64,000 bases of DNA. Source: Octopus bimaculoides. Its lineage: Eukaryota. Shown here piece after piece: positions 1-11,090 of this stretch. Location: positions 4,107,554 to 4,171,553 of the forward strand of contig NC_068986.1 of NCBI RefSeq assembly GCF_001194135.2. The letters run 5' to 3'. Each line of letters opens with the position of its first letter. The first letter of the stretch is position 1. A model generated the notes under the pieces. It made no database searches and was not told the origin of the DNA. It was given only the letters and a program-made list of their open reading frames with translations. The position numbers and the translations under genes were made by a program.

Positions 1-240
1 TTTTGTTGCTGTTGTTGTTGTTGTTGTCGTTGTTCTTATCGATGTTGATGGTATTGGTCTTGTTGTTGCTGCTATTGTCATTTTTTGCTCTCGTTGTTGT
101 TGTTTCTATCGCTACTGCCGCAGCCATTTATTGTCTTTTTCGTGGTTGTTTTTGCTATAATTACTGCTGCGGCTGCGGCTGCGGTCGACGTTGCGTCTGC
201 TGTTGTCATTTCTTCCGCTGTTAGTGTTTCTGGTACTATT
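1..240. repeat. Degenerate (GTT)/(GCT) low-complexity tract
   Basis: Repeated gttgtt/gctgtt triplets; the ORF at 3..224 is a low-complexity artefact. Confidence 0.8.
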
Positions 241-642
241 GTTGTTATTGTTAGTTGAACTTTGTACCACGACAGTCATGTTTTTCTCCTCCTCCCCTTC
301 CCCTGTAGAGTTGCCCGTGACGGAGGGAAGAGGAGGAAGTCTTCATCCTTTACCATATTGGTAGGAGGATTTGTTTTGTTTTTTCTCAACTCTTTCAAGA
401 CGCGTTCCGCGTTGAGTTGTATTTGGTTTAATTAAATTTAACACCCACCGAAATTATTTTGTGGGTCGAAAATCACCCCTCTGGAGGCTACATAAAAAAC
501 CAGTAATAGGTTCCTGGTGTTTCTATTCACAACTTGGAATAAAATAATTATTCACAAAGGACACCAATCCTGGTGTAAAAATATATTTTGAACTGGACTT
601 ACTTGGAGCGTTCGAAAATACGTCCGATCTGCTCTGCATCAA

Positions 643-645
<3 letters not shown>

Positions 646-697
<52 letters not shown>
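646..697. repeat. (AAT)n microsatellite
   Basis: Perfect AAT run directly visible. Confidence 0.95.
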
Positions 698-698
<1 letters not shown>

Positions 699-1249
699 GC
701 CCTGATGCAGTGCCAGACAGTGGCCTTCGTGGCTTCTGATCATAGCTGATTGGAATTGTTATTATGTACATTGTTTTGTCTTGGTATAAAAAGATGGGCT
801 ACAGCAAATATTCTGCTTAATACCACAGATTTGCTTGTCAGTTGTTTGACCTTAACCAGTTGAGCATGTTCCTTGGTGGTTAACTATATGTGCATCTCTG
901 ATCACGAGCAGAAGCAGTGGAGGAGCATCATAGCCATGTGTTGAGAGGAATTCTTTGGGGTTTGGCTAATTCACCTTTGGAAACATGGGTGTTTTGTTCA
1001 ACATCCTTAACCCTTATTCAGGGACCTTTTGAGAGGGATGGGCTACTCGACCTGACAAAATTCTAACTGGGCCCCACCTGCAAGGTCATACGCTGTTTGT
1101 CTTGATATGAGATCATTATGTCGTGCACGTATGGTTGTAATACATGCACCTAGTGTACCCTTATCAAACGGGTAGTCATGATGGGTATACTGGGCTTCGT
1201 ATATTTTACCCCAGTGCCACTTTGATGGCAATGCACTGTTCTCTCACTC

Positions 1250-1250
<1 letters not shown>
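698..1250 (+). mobile_element. ~555-bp non-coding interspersed element, copy 1, embedded in (AAT)n
   Basis: Collinear with 5194-5752 and 16546-16987; begins TGCCC and ends CTCTCACTCA; flanked by AAT runs on both sides. Confidence 0.85.
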
Positions 1251-1299
<49 letters not shown>

Positions 1300-1326
1300 T
1301 GATGATGATGATGATGATGATGATGT

Positions 1327-2410
1327 ACCTTCTAAACCATAGTAATGGTATGAGCCAATCTAACAACATCACTATCAAACGAGGCATCTTTCACGGTGAC
1401 TCCCTTTCCCCATTACTCTTTTGCACGGTACTGATCCCATTCAAACGAACTGAATAACACCAGGTATCGGTTAAGTTTATAATACTACAATAAACCATCT
1501 GTTTTATATGGACGATCTGAAGCTGTTTGCTAGAAATGGTGAAGAGCTAGTAGGGCTACTAACAGCTGTTAAAGAGTTCAGCAATGACATTGTGATGGAT
1601 TTTGGCGTTCATAAGTGTGCTAAAGTAACTTTTGTAAGAGCCAAGCTCAAGCAAACAGCTTCCATTAAATCAGATACCGACGCTACTATCAAGGAGCTCG
1701 ACCCACAAAAAAATGCTTGGTGGTAAACGAATGAGTTGATATACAACATGCTATTATGAAGGAAAAAATAAGGAGTATTACAGAAGAATAAGACTCATAC
1801 TAAAAACTGAACTAAACTCCAAAACTCGTATCGAAGCCATTAACACCCTGACACTTCCAGTATCCCAATACTTTTTTAACATCATTAACTAGAATCTTAC
1901 AGAGATCCAATGCCTGCACAAGTACACAAGAAAACTATTAACATCTAAGAACATGTTACCACCGAAAAGCAGACGTTGATCGTCAGTACCTATCTAGAAG
2001 TTCTGGGGAAAGAGGAATGATGCAGGTAGAATTGTGTCATAAGACCTCCACAATAGCAATGAATAGCTACTTATATAGTACAGGGGGTGCTGGATACTGC
2101 GGCAAACAGGAAAGCAGCAAAAAATCACATTCTATTGTCAGAGAAGCTTGCAAATTCGGGAACTTGGCATTAACCCAGGATTAGATGAAGAACCTGAAAC
2201 CTCAGCCAGCAAACAAGCCAAACGGATCAAGCAGACTGCAAAAAAGAACCGGCAGAAACAAATTGAGTTGCAGTGTAGCCAGAAGCCTCTGCATGGACAG
2301 TATATACTTCGAAGTCGAAATGCTGATGTGGACCAAGCAACAACCCATCAGTGGCTGAAAAGCTCAAGACTGAAAGCAGAGACTGAAGGTTTCAAACTGG
2401 CGACTTAGCT
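1327..2410 (+). pseudogene. R4/Dong-type non-LTR retrotransposon fragment (RT motifs 4-7 to thumb), frameshifted
   Basis: Translates RGIFHGDSLSPLLF, HLFYMDDLKLFARN, DFGVHKCAKV, QKPLHGQY and WLKSSRLKAETEG; YMDDLKL is typical of R4-clade RT. Confidence 0.85.
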
Positions 2411-2567
2411 CCCTTGTCAGTACATAGACTTGTGCTTATTTTCGGTTCAAAGGGTTTTTACCTCTTATTTCTGGCAGTTTATGTCCTACCCTACGCCGTC
2501 AGTCACAATTAGTGACAACTGAATTCTTCCTTTTTGGTTTTATATTGCTTATAGCCACCTTCGTTAT

Positions 2568-2651
<84 letters not shown>

Positions 2652-2685
2652 TGTGTGTATATGTATGTATGTATATATGTATATA
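2568..2685. repeat. Compound (TG)n/(GCGT)n/(TATG)n microsatellite
   Basis: Directly visible. Confidence 0.9.
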
Positions 2686-2689
2686 ATGA

Positions 2690-2940
2690 ACTATCTCGTC
2701 GAAGGCATCGTATGAGCGTTCAACTTTTGCCGAACGACCTACAAAAACCATTTGTTTGTAGCTCACTTCCTCTATCAAATCGATTTGTCTGAACAGGTGC
2801 ATGGTGTACCATGCGTCAGATGTCGAAGTGATCACAGAACAACATGAGATGAAGTGTTTTGCTCAAGACCACAATGCACCACTCGGTCTACGAATTGAAA
2901 TCACGATCTAGCGATCGTAAGTACAATACCCTAACCGCAA
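2690..2940 (-). mobile_element. tRNA-derived SINE, diverged
   Basis: Minus strand reads gcggttagggtattgtacttacgatcgctagatcgtgatttcaattcg (A/B-box-like), followed by ttgagcaaaacacttcat, a core shared with copies at 33.4, 61.3 and 61.9 kb. Confidence 0.6.
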
Positions 2941-3204
2941 AAGATTATCTTAAATGGTACGTCACACGTATGGAGAAGGACATTGTCCTGTGAATTTTCT
3001 TGTTTCCTCTTTATTTTCTGTTTACTTTTTCATTTTTTCTTTTTTCTGTCTTTCTTCCCCCTTTTTCTCTATTACATGACTTTGTAAATAAATAATCTGG
3101 TGTATTTATTCTAATGGCCTACCAATGCAAACAATGGGTTTCTCTGCTCTAGGTGTCAGGAAGAAACTCAAGAGATGGAAACAAAATTGAAAGATGATAA
3201 TAAT

Positions 3205-3482
3205 TATAATAATGATTTCAAGTTTTTGCCACAAGGGCAGCTTGGGATAGGGGATTAAGTCGATTACATCGACCCCAGTGCGTAACTAGTAAATATTTAA
3301 TGGACTCCGAAAGCATGAAAGGCAAGGTCGACCTCGGAGAATTTTGAACTCAGAACGTAGCGGCATAAGAAATGCCTTTCTATTATAAGCACAAGGCCTG
3401 AAATTACATCGTATCTTATCGATCCCGAAAGTCGAGCTCGAATTTTTCCCGGCGTACTAACGATTCTGCCAGCTCGCCGCCT
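3205..3482 (-). mobile_element. SINE family A (ggcggcgagctggcagaatcgttag head)
   Basis: Reverse complement of the family present at 7700-8500; ends in an AAT-rich tail. Confidence 0.85.
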
Positions 3483-3524
3483 CGTGATGATGATGATAAT
3501 AATAACAACAACAATAACTCTTAC

Positions 3525-4775
3525 GAAAAGTTAATATCAAAAGAAGAATTTTCCAGGGGGACTCGTTGTCCTCTTTAATATTTGTCTTGTGTTTGATCCC
3601 CCTCACTATAGTATCAAGGAAGGCAGAGTATCAGTTCAGAAATAGTAAGGGGAAAATTAACCATTTGCTCTACATGGATGATCTGAAGCTTTTTGGTAAG
3701 AATGAAAAAGAGATAGATTGCTTAATACAGACTGTAAGACTCATCAGTAAAGATATAGGCATGGAATTTGGAATAGATAAGTAAGTGTGCAATATTAGTC
3801 ATGAGAAGGAGACAGGTAGTCAAACAGTGAAGGCATCCAATTACCAGACATTAAAATCATTGAAGGGAGGAGCAAGTTATAATTATCTAGGAGTATTAGA
3901 ATCTGACAGAGTACTAACTATAGAAATGAAAACGAAAATTGAAGAGTAGATCAGAAGGGTGAGGAAACTAATGAAGTCAAAGCTAAATGGTCCAAATCTA
4001 GTGAGGGTTATAAATACTTGGGCAGTATCATTACTTAGATAGTCAGCAGCTTTTGTAGATTGTACAAACTATGAATTAGCAAAGCTAGGTAGAAGAACTA
4101 GGAAGGAATTAAATATGAATGGAGGGCAGGAGTAGCAAGATTATACTTACATAGAAAAGAAGGCGGAAGAAGGTTACTATCAGTAGAATACTGCGTTGAG
4201 TTAGCTAGAGTAGATATCGACTCATATGTAGGTAATTGTGAAGAAAGTTTATTAAAAGCTGCTAGAGCCACAGCAAGATATAGGGAAACCAAAACAACAA
4301 ACGAACTTAAAAACTAGAAAAAAGAACAGAAATTATCTGACTGGTAGATTCCCAAAGATAGTTGCAGTAAATAGTAGTAGTGAGACATGGCTATTGTTGC
4401 AAAAAGGAAAGCTGAAAAGGGAGACAGAAAGTTTGTTAGTAGCTTCACAAAATCAAACATTAAGGACTAATTGGATAAAAGCCAAGATAGACAAAAACCA
4501 AGTAGGTTCCCAATGTAGGTTATGCAAATAAAAACAGGAAAGCGTTGTTCATATAGTAAGTGAATGTAGCATGTTGGCACAGAAAGAATAAAAGAAAAGA
4601 CAAGACAACCTAGGGAGAGTAATCCACTGCGAGTTATGTAGAAAGCTAGGATTTGAACATACTAATAAACGGTATGAATATGAACCGAGTAAAGTCCTAG
4701 AAAGTAAGAAATACAAGATGCTGTGGGACTTTAACATTCAGACTAACAGAATAATAGAAGCTAGAAGGCCTGATT

Positions 4776-4835
<60 letters not shown>

Positions 4836-5190
4836 ATACAGAGAATAGAAAGTCCCAGATGATGAAAAAAATCAGTATGAGAGGTATAGAAAAATAGCAA
4901 AGTACCAGGACCTAGCCACTGAATTACAGAGTTTACGGAAAGTGCGCGTAAAATGTATCCCAGTAGTTATATGTGCATTGGGAACTATCCCTAAACATCT
5001 GGACAGATTGATAGAGGAAATAAGCATAAAACTCGGTTGAGTATAGCTCCAGAAAGTGTTATTAGGGACAGCTAGGATACTTAGGAGGGTTCTTGGCATC
5101 TAAGATTACTTGGTGTAGCTCGATGTTAGGATTTGTTTTCTTTTCCAACAGTCTAATCTGTTGAGTGTATATAAAAATAATAATAATAAT
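3525..5190 (+). pseudogene. R4/Dong-type LINE, 5'-truncated: RT + CCHC knuckle + REL endonuclease + 3' UTR ending in (AAT)n
   Basis: FQGDSLSS, HLLYMDDLKLFGKN, CRLC..HIVSECSMLAQKE (CCHC), LWDFNIQT, RPDLV..D, KYQDL and PVVICALG motifs; 3' end runs into aataataat. Confidence 0.9.
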
Positions 5191-5193
5191 AAA

Positions 5194-5752
5194 TGCCCCG
5201 ATACAATACCAGGCATAGAATCTCATGGCTTTTAATTTTAACTGATTGGAAGTGTTATCATGTACATTGTTTTGTCTTGATATAAAAGATAGGCTACAGC
5301 AAATATTCTGCTCAATACCACAAATCTGCTTGTCAGTTGTTTGACTTTAACCACTTGAGCATGTCCCTTGTTGGCTGACGATATGTGTATCTCTGAACAT
5401 GAGTAGAAGTAGTGGAGGAGCATCATAGCCATGTCTTGAGAAGAATTCTTTGGGGTTTGGATAATTCGTGTATGGAAACATGGATGTTTCGTTCAACATC
5501 CTTAAACAGGCCTTATTCAGGGACCATTTGAACAAGATGGGCTACTCGACCTGAAGAAAATTCTTACTGGGCCCCACCTGCAAGGTCATGCGTTGTTAAT
5601 CTTGATATGAGACCACCATGTCACGCACATATGGTTGTGGTACATGTGCCGTGCCTGATGTACCCTTATCAGACGGATAGTCATGATGGGTATACTGGGT
5701 TTCGTATGTTTTATCCCAATGACACTTTGATGGCATGCACTGCTCTCACTCA
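5194..5752 (+). mobile_element. ~555-bp non-coding interspersed element, copy 2
   Basis: Collinear with 698-1250; AAT on both flanks. Confidence 0.85.
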
Positions 5753-5760
5753 ATAATAAT

Positions 5761-7590
5761 TGAAACCTATCTCATTGGAGGATAGGTCCCTTTAGCCTTG
5801 GTCGGCAACCCCTCGAGAGAAGGTGACTCAGTAATAGCACCGATGGCTGTGCCACCTCAACACTAAAGCTCTAAGGTGTGAAAATGTCAAATACAAAGAT
5901 ATAAAACAATGGCACTAAAAACCGTGTATACGAAGCTAAGTGTAGACTCTAGGAACCTTGACTAGCAACCCACCTAGTGATGGTGTCACGTTAAAAATAC
6001 TGGTGAGTGCACAACCTTACAAATGCTACCTCTAAATGAATTACGTCAGAATTAAATAATAACCATAACTGCGCTAACAGTACTGGAACTGTTAACAGTG
6101 AAAGTGTCGTGTTCGGCAGGCAGGGAGTATCTGATCAAGCTCCGGCAAGTCGTCATCAAGCTATTGGTCAGGACCAAAATCGCAGTCAAAAGTGCAGAAG
6201 AAAAAGAATGAAATAGGGGAAAATGTAAACAAAATAGTAGTAGAATGCTGGCTAAGAGGTGAGCCAGATGAAAGAGGTTTCATAAATTAAATGAAAAGAA
6301 TTTGGGATGAAAAAGGAGGTTTTGCAGCATCCACTCACGGACTGATAGTGCTAGCAAGAGCAATCCGTAGGAACGACTGAATTACGGGAGCAGAGGTTGA
6401 AGAAATTCAGAGAAACATAATAAAAAAAGGGCAGAAACAGCAGCAGCAGAAAGCGGTAATGAAGGGCTAAGAAATATGATATAGTAACTAATGAAGACGA
6501 TCTAGATGGACGATTGACAGTAAGTATTGCACAAGGCTTGAATGATGAAGAGAATGAGATTTTAGAAATGTTGCAAGATGAAATGTCTGGTGGGACAATG
6601 AAGTACCACCAAATGTAAAATATATGGACAGAAAACAAGTGAGGAAAGCTACAGGCAAAGTAAACGACGTTTTAAGCTTGATTAAAACAGAAAACATCAG
6701 TGAAACAAAGTAGCTAATCATACCTGCTGTTAATGTCGTAACTAACAGGCTACGACAGAATAACTGAAGATATAAAAGCAAATGAAAAGAAAGAGCCAAA
6801 CTGAAGGAAAAGGATACGAATGAAGCTAGAAAAGACACGGAACGGACTGGGGCAGCTGACTGGGATAATGAGAGGAGAGCTCAAGAATAAGGTAGTAATC
6901 AGAAAATTAAATAAACGGTACAGGTTAGAAGAAAGGGGAATACAAATAGTACATGAAAAATTGGCACAAAAGGTGACAACATTAAAGACCAAATGATATT
7001 ATGCTAGATGCAAAAATTTTGAACAGAATAAACTGTTCCAATTAAATAGAAGGCGTCTGTTTGAGGAAATAGAGGAAGGCTAACACCAGGAGCTGATCCC
7101 AGATGCGGGAGAAAAAGAATTTTGGGGAAGGCTGTGGAGAAGGCTGGCGAGACATAAAGAAAGCGCGAAGTGGCTAACGAAGCTGGAAAGACAGCTTGCA
7201 ACTGTACGAAGACAAAAGGACATACAGTGAGACAGAAGTTAAGAAAATAGTAAATTGGAAAGGACCAATCCGGTTGGAGTACAAGGCTATTGGCTGAAGA
7301 ACTTTACACAGTTGTATGAAAGGATCGTTGCGCAACTGGATGACTGCCTGCAGCAAGGTCACACCCCTGCCTCGATGACAAGTTAACAAGCGCTGCTATG
7401 CTTCAAGGATCCCGTGAAAGAAAACTTAGCATCAAATTTTCGTCTACCACTAATGTGGAAGCATATGACCGGCGTATTGGCAAATGAGTTATACAACCAT
7501 CTGGAAAGTAATAATCTACTTCCAGAAGAACAGAAAGGATGCAGGAAACAAAGTAGGTCGGCAAAAGATCACTTATTAGGTGATAAAATT
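5761..7590 (+). pseudogene. R4/Dong-type LINE 5' portion (probable 5' UTR, N-terminal region, RT motifs 0-2), decayed
   Basis: [39 protein letters not shown] and [22 protein letters not shown] (RT motif 2); many stops; the 5' boundary is approximate. Confidence 0.75.
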
Positions 7591-7699
7591 ATTATTATTA
7601 TACATTAACAGGAATCCCCCTCACCATGACAAGCGTTATAATAAAGATTTTACAACACCTTTTTTCTTTCTTTAACAATAATATTAATATATTTAATAA

Positions 7700-8500
7700 G
7701 TCGACAAGCTGGCAGAATCGTTAGCGCACCGGACAAAATACTTAGCAGCATTTCGTCCATCTTCAAATTCTGAGTTGAAATTCCACCAAGGTCGACTTTG
7801 CCTTTCACAGTTTGATAAAAGAAAACCAGCTGAATGCTGTGGGCGATATAATCGACTTACACCCTTTCTCGAAATTGCTGACCTGGTTCCAAAACATGAA
7901 TACATTTAATTAAGGCGGCGAGCAGGCAAAGTCGTTACTGCACCGGGCAAAATGCTTAGCGGAATTTCGTCCGTCATTGTGATCCGAGTTCAAATGCCGT
8001 CGAGGCTGACTTTACCTTTCGAGGTCGATAAAATAAGTACCAGCTGGGCACCGGAGTTAATGTAATTGATTTACCAATTCCCTCAAAGTTGTCTTGTGCC
8101 AAAATTTTAAATAACTTGATAAGGCGGTGAGCCGACACAATCATCAGCACATCAAGCAAAATACTTAGCGACATTTCATCCACTTTTAGATTCTGACTTC
8201 AAATGCCACTGGGGTCAATTTGCTTTTCAGGGTCAATTAAATAAGTACCAGTTGAACACTGAGGTCGATGTAACAGACTTACCCTCACACTAAAATTGCC
8301 GGACTTGTGCTAAAATTTAAAATCAGTATTTATATGTTTAATCGTTAGCAAAATGCTTAGCGATATTTCATCCGTCTTTACGTTCAGAGTTCAAATGCCG
8401 CCGAGGTTGACTGCCTTTCAGCATTTCCAAATCGATAGAATAAGTACCAGCTGGACATTGGGGTCGATGCAATCCACTTACCTCTTTCCGGAAATTGAAA
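7700..8500 (+). mobile_element. Four head-to-tail SINE family A copies (~7700, 7914, 8123, 8341)
   Basis: Repeated ggcagaatcgttagc..aaatgcttagc..ctgagttcaaat..gaggtcgactttgcctttc..aataagtaccag units of ~200 bp. Confidence 0.9.
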
Positions 8501-9038
8501 TTTTTATGAATATATTTAATGTGGTGAGCATTAATAGAACTGTGTTGAAATAAAGGCAATACTAGCTCAATGACTAATAATGTAATCGTTTATTGCTTTA
8601 ACTGAATATAATCAAGACAAGAGGACTTCGGATTTTCATTAATTAAAATTTGGGTTAAGCATACAATAGGTGGCAATGACGAAAACTTCAAATAGTAATA
8701 TTTTATTGATGGTTATTAATCATTTGCACTTACATTTATAAAAAGCAAAAAGTATATTTTTATTTACTGTTATAAAATCGTTAAAAATGTCAGATTAGAA
8801 ATAGTTTTTTAAATAATTCGCCAATTGCAACAACACCAAAACAATCAAAGTTTTGTAACTGAATGAAACAGCTGACCCAGCGCCTGAAGGTAAAAAAGAA
8901 AAGTAACCATATTAATTTATATATACAAAATGACTTGAGGGAACAATTTTTAAAATACTTTTTTGGTTAGTTGTCATTCAAAATCTAGCGTTATGACCAC
9001 AAACAAGCATCACAAAAACTTAAAATTAACTATATTTC

Positions 9039-10267
9039 AGAGATGAGGAATTATGTACATTATTTACATTTGAAGGATATTTGTCCTCAGTTAGTAGCCC
9101 GCGCTATTAACCACAACGCTATATGCGCGTGGGCAATTATAGAGTGAATTTTAGGACTTATAAATCTAATATTTTCCTATCCTTCCTTAATACCGGTTCC
9201 CATATACTCCTCATATCTGCACTCGGTCTGCTTAGGAGGTTGTTGTGTCCTAGGATATGTGCTGCTTCTTCTAGTTTTCGTATTTTCCAGTGGTGTTCTC
9301 TGTCTTATTTTAACTTCATCCCACAGAGGGAGGTGGTCCCCATTTTTCCATACATGATCAGTTGTACCCGATTTATCAATATCTCCTCGTGTCACAGCTT
9401 TGCGATGTTCCTCTACCCTTATTTTGAGGGGGCACCGTGTTTCGCCTTTCTATAACCTACCACAGCTGCATGGGATGAAGTATACGCAGTCTTTGGTCAT
9501 ATTCTTTCCTATTGGTGGTTTTATTCGAAGGAGATATTTGCAAAGAGTTATTTTACTCTTGAATACTGTCCTGATGTCATATGGGCCGCATATCTTTTGT
9601 ATCTTTTCGGAGAGGCCTTTCACATAGGGTAGACAGACTGTAGACAGCTTATTGGTTTCATCCTCTCTTTTCTTCATAATTGGAGTAGATAGTATGTTCT
9701 TGGGGTAGTTGTTTCTTAATAGATTGTTACTGAGCTTGATCATTTCTTCGTGGTGGGTATCACGATCGCTACTTATATTCTTTACTCGGTGTTTTAGGCA
9801 CTGAGCAATTCCTCTCTTTACACTGTATGGATGGTGGGAATTGAAGTTAAGGTATCGTCCAGTGAAGGTCGACTTGCGGTATACGGATGTCCTGAATCCA
9901 TACTCGGTGCGTTTTATTAATACGTCCAAGAATGCTAGCTTTTCCATTGTGAACTGTATGGATGGCTTTATTGAGTTCACATGATCTAACAGCACTTGGA
10001 CATCTTCCTGGTGGGGCCAGAGTATAAAGGTGTCATCAACATGTTGCAGCGATGGGGTTGGGTTTTGTGGTATTGATCCTAAAGCCAAATTCTCAAAGTA
10101 TTCCATGTATATATTGACTATTATCGGTGATAATGGCGAACCCATTGCTAAACCCTCTTCTTGTTGATATATATATACATCAGTATCCATACTGAAGTAT
10201 GGTAGTTTTTACACAGAAGGTCAACATTTCCATCAAATTTCTTATTGGTATACCAGTGCGTTCTTTT
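9039..10267 (-). pseudogene. Penelope-like element, left arm: RT (5'-truncated) + GIY-YIG endonuclease + tail
   Basis: ORF 10190..9450: QEEGLAMGSPLSP, QHVDDTF, FLDVLI, VYRK.TFTGRYLNFNSHHP, LPYVKGLSEKI, CVYFIPCSCG, continued by IGET..L..R.EEH. Confidence 0.92.
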
Positions 10268-10274
10268 ATGGACA

Positions 10275-10324
<50 letters not shown>

Positions 10325-10896
10325 CAAGAGGGTTTAGCTACGGGTTCGCCATTATCACCGATAATAGTCAATATATACATGAAATACTTTGAGAATTTGG
10401 CTTTAGGATCAACACCACAAAACCCAGCCCTATCGCTGCGAAATGTTGATGAGACCTTTATACTCTGGCCCCACCAGGAAGATGTCCAAGTGCTGTTAGA
10501 TCATGTGAACTCAAAGCCATCCATACAGTTCACAATGGAAAAGCTAGCATGCCCGGATGTATTAATAAAACGCACCAAACATACTATGAACTCCAACAGT
10601 CTGTCTACCCTACGTGAAAGGGATCTACGAAAAGATACAAAAGATATGCGGCCCATATGACATCAGGGCAGTATTCAAGAGTAATATAACTCTTTGCAGA
10701 TATCTCCTCCGAGTAAAACCACCAATAGAAAAGAATATGACCAAAGACTGCATATACTCCATCCCATGCCGCTGTGGTAGGTTATAGAAAAGCGAAACAT
10801 GACGCCCCCTCAAAATAAGGGTAGAGAAACATCGCAAAGCATGGATGGAAAAATATTATATTTATAAGTCCTAAAATTCACTCTCTTATTGCCCAC

Positions 10897-10968
10897 GGGC
10901 ATATAGCGTTGTAAGTTAAGAGCGCGGGCTACCAACCCCAAGATTCCGAGTTCGATTCCAAGTAGTGA

Positions 10969-10970
<2 letters not shown>
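10897..10970 (+). other. tRNA-like (A-box/B-box) module inside the PLE tail
   Basis: tagcgttgtaagttaag A-box-like segment; GTTCGATTCC B-box at 10950-10959; 5' half also present in the left arm. Confidence 0.55.
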
Positions 10971-11000
<30 letters not shown>

Positions 11001-11048
11001 TAGAAAATACCTCAGGAATGAGAACCCAGGTTCGAAATTTCCCCCAAG

Positions 11049-11090
11049 ACACCTGATGAAAGCTGGAGGCTGATAGCCGAATCATTGTGT
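11049..11090 (+). ncRNA. Degenerate minimal type-I hammerhead ribozyme in the PLE tail
   Basis: ACAC-CTGATGA-A-(a)gct..agc(c)-GAAT-CATT-GTGT: stem I ACAC/GTGT and intact CUGAUGA core, but GAAA is mutated to GAAT. Confidence 0.6.

Noticed and set aside
698-1250. Hammerhead at cctgatgcag in the 555-bp element
   Set aside because: The core is CTGATGC and there is no downstream stem II-GAAA
5761-5990. Possible HDV-like ribozyme at the 5' end of the Dong-type element (acctat-ctc/gag-ataggt hairpin; gccttggtcggcaaccc, echoed at ~5953)
   Set aside because: Manual folding gave a P3-like GCC/GGC but no adequate P1, and no CC in L3 for P1.1; a descriptor search on the family consensus is needed
10897-10970. 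Functional tRNA gene
   Set aside because: No acceptor stem or cloverleaf can be formed; it is a tRNA-derived module within a TE
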